Assembly (NCBI RefSeq): GCF_006345805.1 | Contig: NC_043000.1 | Location: 146,072,001 to 146,136,000, forward strand | Direction of reading: 5' to 3' | Source: Octopus sinensis | Lineage: Eukaryota | DNA length: 64,000 nucleotides | Shown: piece by piece, positions 53,079 through 64,000 of the stretch | Layout of the letters: each line of letters starts with the position of its first letter | Position numbering within the stretch: position 1 is the first letter of the stretch | The notes under the pieces: model-generated | Told to the model about the DNA's origin: nothing | Seen by the model: only the letters and a program-made list of their open reading frames with translations | Database searches by the model: none | Translations under genes and position numbers: made by a program

Positions 53079-53511
53079 CATCGGCCTGAATATCTAATGT
53101 ATTGTCAGCGTCTTACGCCCACGAAACTGCAAAATAATATATATTTAAAGAATATATGTACGTATGTATGTATGTATGTTTGTATGTATGTTTGCATGTA
53201 TGTTTGTAAGTATATATATATATATTATATATATATATAAAATATTATTAGAGACAAAACCACTATTTTGCAAAACAAACAAGGAAAGACTTAATCAATA
53301 CATAAAATTTTAATAAATTTTAATAATATATGTACATATATCATTATATATGCATATATATATATATATTATATATATATATATATAATATATATATATA
53401 TAGATGCATAAATATATATGTATACGTATACATAAATATATATGTATATGTATATATATATATACACGTACATATATACATATATACACGTATATATATA
53501 CATATATACAC

Positions 53512-53547
<36 letters not shown>

Positions 53548-55084
53548 GTACATATATATATATATACACGTACATACATATATATGTATGTATATGTGTG
53601 TCCATGTATGTAGATATAAAATTGTGAGCGTTTCTCAAGGTATGTGTAATGCCATATAAAAACATTGATGGATAAATATATACAAACACATTCAGAAAGA
53701 GTTGCAATTAATTTATTACGTCGAATAATGGTATTTATCCTTCAATATGTATGGGTATGCGTGTCCGTTCATTAGGTGGGTGTGTGCATCGTGTGTGAGT
53801 AGATGTTATGTTTATATGCGTATGTGAAAATATATGTGTATATGTGAATATTAAGTATCACTTGAGTATATGTAACAAGTGCCAATAATTTACAACAATA
53901 TAATAAATTGAAATACTATTCTCACTCTCGTCTTAATAACAACTTTCAATTACAGAATCATCAGTAAACATGTAATGTCGAGTAATAATATATGTTAGAC
54001 TATTTGATTAAAAACCAATTATTGAAAATACACATAGAAAATGGTAATTAACCTCTTCTAGATTCTTCTTATTAATATCCAATGATATAGAAATTCACAA
54101 ACATACTTTTTACATGTTTATCTATATATCCTTATTTTTTTTTGTTTAATTTGTCGTACATACTCCTGACATAATATAGACTTGTTCGGAATTGTGTTTT
54201 ATACTTTTCAGTAGCTGTGCTATTTTTATGGAAATGATAGGATTACAATTTATGAGTTAATGTTATATTTCTTTTCTTGTTTTACTGATTCCAGCCATGC
54301 AGGGAAATAGTCATTAAGATTGAAAATAATAGTGGTAATCAAACGCATGTCTCTGAATACAAATTCAGAAGACCGAGGCCCAGCGATGTTTTAATCTTCA
54401 CAGTAATATTATTACAGTATTATGAGACAAAGACGAGGAAATATATACTACGTATATAATTTTGAATTTCTCCACTTCTTTCTACTACCAAGCAGCATAT
54501 ATATTATAAAAACGCTTTTGTCTGTCTGTTCGTCCTTATGTCTCTCTATTAGATGCTGAAATCAATATGATTTTCACATTTTTTTAAAATCTTTTATTCT
54601 GGACCCTGATGGAGGTATTAGACCAGACGACTGTGTTTAGTCTACTATCACAAGAACCACACTAGTATTTGAACTCAGAAAGTAAATGTCAGAGCACGTA
54701 CTGTAAACCAATTGGTCATCTTTTCACGTCCACCAATGCGCTGCCCTGTATTGCTATTTACTGTCGACCTGAATAGAAAGGCAAAACTTTACAACGATGT
54801 TGTTTGAACTTACACCTCAGAGTTGCAACAAATATTGCATGGTACCATGTATGTCCATCTATTTGACAACTCTTCCAGTTTGCCGCCTGTAGAAACGAAA
54901 CACAATAAAGTATTAAGTAAATAGATAAATAAATATACAACAGATTGTTTTAAATTTATGTATTGAATTCACATATTCAAACTAAGGAAAGGTTGCCAAG
55001 GATTTTCGGAGTTTCTCTTCAAAAAACCGACATCGATTTACTTTTAAAGCATTGCTTATTACCTATAAGGCCTTCTTTTCGTTT

Positions 55085-55275
55085 TCAATTCAATTCAATT
55101 CAATTTTTATTGGCTCAAAAAGCAAAAGCAAGGCCATGTAGGGGGACAGGGAGTTATGTACAGGAAGGGTGGTCATACAACGAGTTCAGGCCATTTCTGG
55201 TCAAGAGAGACTTTGAATCGAGCGGTCGTCGGCATCTTCACTATCTGGTCCGGCAGTTTATTCCACGGATCTTGA
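55085..55275 (-). mobile_element. CR1-group LINE 3' end with (ATTGA)n tail
   Basis: PWNKLPDQIVKMPTTARFKVSLDQKWP* followed by a short UTR and AATTGAATTGAATTG. Confidence 0.8.
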
Positions 55276-55894
55276 TACAAGAATAAATTTAAAGAGGCGC
55301 AGTTTGTATCATCCAAATCCAGTATTCACACACGGACAATTGTATGTTACTATTAACAATGTAGGTAGTTGAAAAGACCTTGAAAACTTGCAGATGAAAG
55401 AGAATGCAACCACATAGCCAGAAAGGCTATAAATAGGGAATCTTAAATAAAAATGTTGATTAAGCAGACGTTATCTCAATATATGTAAATATAGCATATA
55501 TATCTACTGAGTTTCTTTAAATAGTATTATTTATGAAGTCTTTCCTAAGAAACACAAACTAAATTTCAATATTATACCAAAACGAAAAGCATCTAAATTG
55601 ACATACATTTTTCTGAATAACGATAATCGAGGTAAACTTAATAATTTTCTAATTCTTTCCACGAATGTTTGTATTTAAACTGAATATACTTCATATGGCA
55701 GACAGCTAATTGCAAAGAAAGTTATGACACTTTGTAGTTTTTATTTTCACACTAACATTTTATTTAAGCCTTCCAATATTCTACACTTCATACTGGCTTT
55801 TCATCCACCTCCTCCCCTCTTCTGTCCTCCGTTTCACCATCTCTCTCACACACTATATCTCTGTCACCCTGTCCCTCTCTCTCTCTCTCCCTAT

Positions 55895-55945
<51 letters not shown>

Positions 55946-55949
<4 letters not shown>

Positions 55950-56128
55950 AGAGTTTACGAAAAAAAAACAGAAGACGAAGACAGGTGGTGTACAAAACAA
56001 ACAGATGTATTAGTATAACGCTCAGGAATAGAAAAAGTCTTTTACGTTTCGAGCCTACGCTCTTCTACAGAAAGGGACACAGAAAAAACAAGGAGAGAAA
56101 GGAGAGAAAAATTGTGTGTAGTGGTTAA
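55946..56128 (-). mobile_element. ~180-bp hammerhead-containing unit (HHR at 56039-56074), 3' end abutting (TA)n
   Basis: CTTT-CTGTAGA-A-GAGC(GTAG)GCTC-GAA-ACGT-A-AAAG; homologous to 45452-45635. Confidence 0.75.
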
Positions 56129-56149
56129 CCCCATATATATGATACTAGT

Positions 56150-56225
56150 AGGTGCAGGAGTGGCTGTGTGGTATATAGGTCGCTTGCCAGCAACATAGTT
56201 CCGGTTTCAATCCCCCTCTTTACGT
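56150..56225 (+). mobile_element. SINE family A head fragment
   Basis: GGTGCAGGAGTGGCTGTGTGG...GGTTTCAATCCC. Confidence 0.65.
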
Positions 56226-56549
56226 GGGGTATATCTTCAGACTGACAGGGTTTGGAAGATGGAGTGGTTGTGTGGTTTCCGATAGGCCTGGATATCATGA
56301 TACGGATTATGTTCAAGGAAGCATACATTACATTATTGAACATGGACGTTAGCAGTGACCGGCACATTAGTATCAAAGATTGACAAGGAAAATCAGTGGA
56401 CACGCATCTCGGCGCATGGAGAAGCAGACCCATGTCATGCAACTGAACTGCGTTGGTAGAGGAAGAGGGAAGAGTGCCGGTTACATTTCCCGGGGTCTGG
56501 TTTAATCCACATCTCCAAAGAAGAAGGATTGGGTTGCTATTTCTTCTTG

Positions 56550-57000
56550 CTTGTATTCATAATTGTGTACTACGTATTCCGTTTTATTTTTTTGTCTTTG
56601 TTGCGTACATATTCGCTAGCTTTCTTACGAAGGGGTCTAATGCTCTTAGCTTAGACTTTTTTAGGGGTAACCAGATCGCACCATCTTGTAATTGCCCGAA
56701 ATGGTCGTGACTCCTGCTACTTGACTGAAGAAAGAATGCCACGAGTGGCCCGTCTCTTTTGCATGTCCTAATTGTTGTATCTGTTGTCGCCTTTGTATCG
56801 TGTATCTGTCCGGACGGCTTAATATCGTTTATAGCGTTTTGTTCGTTTAACCAACTCGTCTTTTGCCCATCTCCCATGTTCCTGCCTTTAGGCTTTCACT
56901 TCATACACGCCTGTTCAAATTGGGTTGAAGTAACGGGCATGGTGACCAACTTCACTTGGAATAGAGAACGCTATCCATGAAAGTCTGAGCAGAAGCAACG
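56550..57000 (-). mobile_element. Possible highly degraded RTE-like LINE 3' region
   Basis: QQLGHA and RATRGILSS...RWCDLV weakly resemble QLRWLGH...RLP..IL.S...R..D; much scrambled. Confidence 0.3.
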
Positions 57001-58089
57001 AGCGCATATATCACTTCCGTTATATATTATCACTTGATCATCATGCTTTTCACGCATTTACCTCTTCTGGGACTGAGGTGAATTGTTGTGTGCTATCTGT
57101 GCAGGAAATCTTTTCCATTGGTTAGACACTCTATTTGCTGCTACAAATTGCTGAGTATAGGACTATAAATATGATTAAGGATTCGCAAACGTGCGCTGAA
57201 TCTGCGACATATCCAACACTTCTTTGAAAATAGCTGGTCTCTTTGACAGAGCTTCTGTCCCAGACCAAGCGTATAATGGGGCAGGGAGCCTCCCGTCTGA
57301 AATATCAAGCGGTCACAGTTCTCCGCGAGTCGGGTAATGCTGTCGGTAGAAATTCTATTCTTGATCTCTATAAAACCCAGCAGTAATTTCTAGAAATCTC
57401 TGGTTTAGCATTGATACCGGAAGACAATGCCTGTTCAGGATAAATTCAACTCACATGGAAGTTCCATCAATCGGACCTGCCCGTGAAGCATATAGAGCAA
57501 CAAAACTTTTGGACACATATTCAGCCTGTATCCTAGACCTACTGACTTCTGATGTTACTTCCAGCACATACAATAGCGTACTGGGCGGAACAGGCTATAA
57601 GCTGTATCCATTGTGAAAATCTTTCAGCAGCTTTTCCTCAGCTGAGAAGGTCACGCAGTCTTCATCTGTCTTGTGAGATTGACGTGAAAGGTATAGAGTG
57701 GGCTGCTGAGTAATATATTCTTCTTTGGACAAGCCCTATCGAATTTTTCAAGTTTTGGCTTCAAATATAATTTCAGGATGCTCCAAAGCAAATTTGTTGT
57801 AAGATCGATAACAGGTATGTATGGTTTGAATGAACGAATCTGCTCTGAATATATTCTTGTAGATTGAATGAGAGGTCACAGTAACGGTCGTTTTGTAGGA
57901 TTCCCCCGACCAGTACTCGTTGGTCTCCCTATTTTGGAGAATTATTTCATGTTTGAATCTTGTGTGTCTTTGTTTTTGTTTATAAATCTTTACCCTCGTT
58001 TATATAATACCGCATTCTAACAACTTGCACTATTCTTAACCTATATGCGACACCTTTATAGTTTATAACAGAAATATCATTATTAAGGG

Positions 58090-58515
58090 GCGAGTGTAAG
58101 ACGGCAAGCTGGTAGAATCGATAGCATGCCGAGCACAATGTATAGCGGCGTTCCGTCTGTCTTAATGTTCTGAGTTCAAATTCTGCCCATGTGGATTTTT
58201 CCTTTTCCCCCCTTTGGTGGTCGATAAATTAAATACTAGTTGAGCACTGGGATCGATGTAATCGACTTGAACCCTTATCCGAAATTACAAGCCTTGAGTC
58301 AAAATTTGAGACCTTGTGCCAAAATTATTAAGCGATTGAATTGGTAGAAACGTTTGCACTTTGATAGAAAAAACATTACGTTCTGAGTTAAAATGGTATC
58401 AATGTAGGCATTCCCTACCATCCTTTCGTGGTCTATAAAATAAGTACCAGTTTAGTAGTCGAGTAAATTAAATCTATTTCATCTTCGACTCAAAATTACT
58501 GGTGTGCTACTGAAA
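58090..58515 (+). mobile_element. Two tandem degenerate SINE B copies
   Basis: GGCAAGCTGGTAGAATCG...TGAGTTCAAATTC and a second GTAGAAACGTTTGCAC...GTTCTGAGTT block. Confidence 0.7.
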
Positions 58516-58524
58516 ATTTGAAGG

Positions 58525-58621
<97 letters not shown>

Positions 58622-58638
58622 ATTATTATTATTATTAT

Positions 58639-58941
58639 TCAGTAGTTTTATTTTTATTTTTATAGCGTGCTTTCACTTCACTACCGAGCGCAGCTCTGTG
58701 TGCCTTGGGTATGTGCTGTGATTTGTTGTGATGCTCTGATGGTTATTGTATGGAAAGTGTTCTGCGTAGGATGTGTGCAGTGCCTAGTAGTGCAATTTTC
58801 TGTATGTTATATGTGTTTGTAAGTCCTGGTGTTTTTGTTATGTATTTGTCTGAATATTTTTTTATCATGCCTAATGCACCTACTATGATAGGAATTGTTT
58901 GTTTTCAGATTCCACATTCTAGTTACCTCTATTTCCAGGTC
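58639..58941 (-). mobile_element. R4/Dong-clade LINE, 5'-truncated 3' end inserted in a (TAA)n tract
   Basis: TIPIIVGALGMIKK...PGL...IQKIALLGTAHILRRTLSI plus ~110-bp 3' UTR; (TTA)n on both sides (58526-58638, 58942-59035). Confidence 0.85.
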
Positions 58942-58947
58942 TTATTA

Positions 58948-59014
<67 letters not shown>

Positions 59015-60427
59015 CATTATTATTATTATTATTATCGTCGTCACCATTGTTTTGTTTTTAATAAACCACCACTTTCCATTATTGATTTCTTATATTCTAG
59101 ATTATTGATGTTATTAAAATATTAACAAATAATATCTCTGAGAAACATTTGCACTTATGAAAAAATATTTGAATATTTGTGTGATTGTGTGCGTACCTAT
59201 GTGTGGCATATGTGTGTTTGTGTTTACGTCTATGTTGCCTTGTATGTTTGTAACTTATTTTTAATTTGATAGAAAGATGAATCATCAATTACTTGTGCAT
59301 GCAAATATTTTTTAAATATATAATTCATCCTGAACTCTTCAAATTTTCATAAAACATAAGTAACTAATGAATGAATATAAAAAAAAGTTATAAAAGTTTT
59401 CCAACTTGTAAACAATCATTTGATTTGTTAACGTAACAACATCAATAAATTACCTGTCATACAATGATTGCTTTTCATAGAGTGATTTTTTTTTCTTTCC
59501 TAACAAATTGAAAATGACACATATTTAATAATTTTTATCTGCACTAATTAGTTATGGACAAGAGCTTCAATATATATTAATTTGTCCATCATTTCGAGTA
59601 GCTCTCCAAAACTATAAAGCAAAACTAAGGAGAAAAAACATGTCATATATAGCAGTGAAAATATATATATATTACACACCCAGTTATATTTTCAGTTTCG
59701 GTCATTTTAGTAGCAGTCTGTCAGATTTTGAGAAAGTATTAATCAAATTGCAATGATAATTAACTTAATTCCATCGATATCGTACTATTTCTTCTGAAAC
59801 AATTTTATTTTGATATTTCGTTATATAAAAATGTTATATTCTATTTATAAATATGTGACTATTTCTAGACTTAGTAGTACTTGTCAAACGGAGAAATTAT
59901 ATTCAACAAGATTAACTTAAATTTAACTTGTAGATTGACTGAAATGTTTAATACACTGTCTAGAGATTGTTATTTGGCGATGTACAATATGTCCCGTTTG
60001 TTTCATCTGCCTTTTTAGCTCTCAAGTGATGCAGATTCATAATTCCATTCTTAACACACTGCATCTTATCGAACAAAATCACAATAACAATGTATACTTC
60101 CTATTATTTCCAGTAGTCAGTATTTGTGTTTTGCGATTATATATGTTGATATTGCTGACCTATTAGTTTTATTTTCTTCTCTAGTTGAAGTGTGACACTA
60201 ACTGGCACCTAAATGTGACAGCACTATAGTTTCAGTCGCTGCAATAAAATAGATGTTTCAAAAACGGTGCGAGTTTTCACAGCTATTATATTGTTTGAAA
60301 TGTTACATGTCCAAAGAACGCGAAAATGATGCTCAAAATTTTGTAACTCTTTTAAATCTCTTTCCTTCGATATTGATATAATCTGCATTACATTAAGTCT
60401 CCTTAATTGTGGTAGGGGTATATATTG

Positions 60428-60497
<70 letters not shown>

Positions 60498-61884
60498 TAA
60501 ATAGATAGATAGATAGATAGATAGACAGGCAAACAGACAGACAGACAGACAGATAGGTAAAGAAATGGAGTTAAACGTAGATGATATTCAAATATATATA
60601 CTTCTGATATATGTTTCGAAGAAAACATTGGTATTATTCCAGGGGGAATTTAATGATGTAAAACAATGCGATCTTCTCATCAGGGAAAAAAAGAGAAACA
60701 GCATCGGTAAACCACTTAACCGAATGTGACGACTGCGTATATCAGTCTGTAGACATCAGTAATGTTTATACCATTTTTGTTTTTCCTTTTCTACGCTCTT
60801 AAATTATTTTTCTTTATTAATCTCCTTTCACTGTTTCTCCCACTCTCTAATTCCCTCCCTTCTTTTTCATCTCGCTTTTATATCATCTCATATTGTCCAG
60901 CCATGCAACCACTAAACCCCCTACTTATATTTGGCATCTTTCATGATCTAGACTCTTCTCTCTACTCATGCGTTCAGTATTCCATAACCTAACATCTGTA
61001 CAATTCCTTTCTAATTTTTACCTATGCTATCCACTCAGGTAGTTATAATCCTTCCTTCTCACCTGCACCTTCATCTACAATTTAAGACACTATAATTATT
61101 TTGATTTCCAATAATTATTTTTATAGTTTGATTTCCACGCGACAAATTTCATGCTTACTGCATCCATACAGGAATACACATAAACGTATTCATATCACCT
61201 AAACAGACGCATGTAATAATCTATAATAAAATAATATATTTATTATATAAACAAAATGTTTAAGTAGTTTAGCATACAATACCAACTAACTACCTCTGAT
61301 GAAAATAAAATTCAAACGCATAAGCAAAATCACTCAACCACAAAATACTGTCTAGAATATCAACAATCCATCCATAAATAATTTTACATTTAAATTTACA
61401 AGCTCTAAACACACAAACAAGTTCTTAATTTATTCCTTAATTTAAAAAAAAAACATTCTCTCTTCATCAACAAGCACAAAACGTAAACACCTTACAAAAT
61501 AACCACGAAAATAACCAATCATCAGGCAGAATAATTATAGCCAAGCAGCCTAGCACAAAAGTCAACCCACGAAACAGACACATGCAAGAGACTAAAACTA
61601 CACCGGTGAATATATTTGTATCATCAAACCGTGTTGCAGCTGTTCTTGCTTAAAGATATTGGTAGTATGCAGCACGATTCGATACCAATAGAGTATACGC
61701 ATATATATATACGTGTATGTGTTTGTGTGCGTTCAATTCAATTATGACATTTTGTGCACCTGCATTATAAATTTATGTTTATAGTAAGAACACATGTTCC
61801 AGGGGTATATATTGGAATATAATAGAGAATGTGCAGCCTTATAGGGTTACGTTGATAACAAATAATTATATATATATATATATA

Positions 61885-61925
<41 letters not shown>

Positions 61926-62544
61926 AGGTAAGTAGGTATATATAAATACAAGTGCTTGTATGCGTGTATACTGGTATAAGTAAATATATATGTGTGTTTC
62001 TGTGAGGGCATTCGTGTCTCCTTATATGTTTCTGTGTTTGCGCATAGGTAATTTGTCTCCATTTTGTTAATTGCATTTCTTCAGCCATTCCTCATCGCAC
62101 GTTTCACAATGGAATCAGTCTGGCAAACAGAAACGCAATAATTACGTTTACTGCTTGGTAATCAATTTTTGTTTCTCTTTCTTGGCTCTTGTCTGTTATA
62201 TAGGTTACTGAAGATATCTTCTTCTAGTGATGTCACATTTGTTTCTGTTTCTTTGTTTCCTTTAAATAAAATATACAGTGTCTATCCTTGTACAATAGAT
62301 TGTTTCTTATGAATGTTCCTTTGAAGTCAATTGCTAACCTAATTGTGGTATATTTTTGCGTTTTTTCCACGTGTACTTCTCTTATACGTTGATGAAGCTT
62401 TCAAAATGGCGTTAAATGATTACCTATCTAATGGACGACACCATAATATTTTCATACTATTTGAGTCTTTCATTTCAGTTTGGATGCATCGGTTACCATC
62501 TCAGATATAACACTTAGGCTGTGAGTGCTAAAATAGAAAAGTCT

Positions 62545-62740
62545 TTATAGCATCAGTGAAAGTAGCTTGCGATACTCCGTAAAGCACTCTGCGTTCAAAC
62601 CCACAGACATCAGCCTTACTTTTGATCTTTCCAGAATTGATAAATTTAATGCTCAGTATAGGTATTGGTTTCGTAATGATCGAAAATTCATTCTCCTCAG
62701 ATTTCTGGTGTTTTACCTATTCCAGGTAAAATGTTAATAG
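62545..62740 (+). mobile_element. SINE family B, highly degenerate
   Basis: GCGTTCAAACCC...CTTACTTTTGATCTTTCC...GATAAATTTAATGCTCAG. Confidence 0.45.
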
Positions 62741-64000
62741 AACTGTCAAGTTACATAGCGGCATCGGAAGACGAAGCAAAAGACCGCACAGTCATTCCTG
62801 AATAGTGCTGTGAAACAACAGGATATGGTCACTGGACTGGCCTACCCATTAATTAAGATGAAGGCGGCAAAGTGCTTTTGCTCCCCTGACGTTCTGAACA
62901 ATTGCTGCGACACTGAAATTACATTTCTTCCATGAATGTCTATTATTTATTCCAGCACCACTTTATAGCAGCTAGATATGACACTGTAAATAAGTTTACA
63001 GATATTTTATGCTGTATGACGGCGACAATGTGATAGGGGAAAAGTAAGAGAGCTGAAGGTTGTCGAAGTAAATTTTGTCTATAATACTTTAAAACAAGAA
63101 ACCCCCATATATGTGTGAAATATTTTAATATCACACTGTACATGTAATTACGTGCAAATTGACAAATATATCAATAAATCGAATGAACTGATTTCTCGTT
63201 GAGGTGTTTATAAATATAAATGCAACATGCATTAAGATTGTCGTTGATTTATTTTGTTCCTGTACTATTAATACATTTACTCCTTAGGTCGAATAGCAAT
63301 ACTGATAAACGCTTAATTTATGCTTCACTCTATTTCCTAAACATTTAATGACGTTATTTGTTTCTGACGTTTTCTCGATGGCTTTTGTCTGAACCTGCTG
63401 AATGGATATCATACATAACTGAAACTGCCCGTTGTATAATATTAATCAATAATAGTTATTACCCTCACAATTATTTTAAATTTGTTTTTACATATCTTAT
63501 TCAATGATTCTTTTGAAGGTAATCCTATTAACTCCAGTCAACCATCAACTGATTTAATGTGAATTGTGTTATTGATGCAATTTTATTGATAATTACATTC
63601 GAGCTTTTATTGTGATTACTTATATCAGTGTGAAAGTACTAAGTGCCATGCGAGTACAACGAATTTTCCGACTTAGATTCTATTTCTACTAAAGGGAATT
63701 TTTCTTCATATACGTGAATACAAAACCAAACTAATGCATGAAAGAAAAAATAGCACCAGGCTTCAGTGTCTTCAATCAAGATGCGATGTGCTTTATTCGT
63801 GTAGAAATATTTATGATTGTAACAATCTATTTTGTCTTTACAGTCATCGTTTTCTTCCGGCTAATCTGTTTTTCCGAATGCCTCATTATTATTGCCTATT
63901 TTCACTACGCCCGCGAACATTGATTCGAAGGTTTTAGGCATGATTTCGGCATGAATTTATTTCCTATTGAAAACACTATATATATTATTTTTGAAGTGCC

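Noticed and set aside
62715-62739. 25-nt exon candidate CTCCTCAG|...CCAG|GTAAAA
   Set aside because: Lies in the decayed 3' end of a SINE B copy.

Overview
AT-rich eukaryotic DNA dominated by microsatellites and transposon relics. No intact host protein-coding gene can be supported, and most ORFs in the supplied track are translations of (TA)n, (CA)n, (TATG)n, (CT)n or (TAA)n repeats. The SINE types and repeat content resemble an octopod (coleoid cephalopod) genome; this is an inference from recalled repeat families, not a search result. Recognisable relics are three tRNA-headed SINE families (called A, B and C here; about 30 copies), Tc1/mariner and maT (DD37D-like) transposase remnants and a MITE, RTE-, CR1- and R4/Dong-clade LINE fragments, Penelope-like (PLE) RT fragments and one Ty3/Gypsy pol fragment. 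The main unexplained signal is a cluster of minimal type I hammerhead ribozyme (HHR) motifs from at least four sequence families. Four motifs of three families are near-complete or have variant cores and share a self-complementary ACGU stem III; a fourth family has an 8-nt palindromic stem III. One family is a tRNA-headed SINE carrying an HHR near its 3' end. A second striking structure is a 2.2-kb tandem-plus-inverted array of a 544-bp unit, forming a palindrome with ~835-bp arms (18842-21044). All calls were made by eye; boundaries of degraded elements are approximate.
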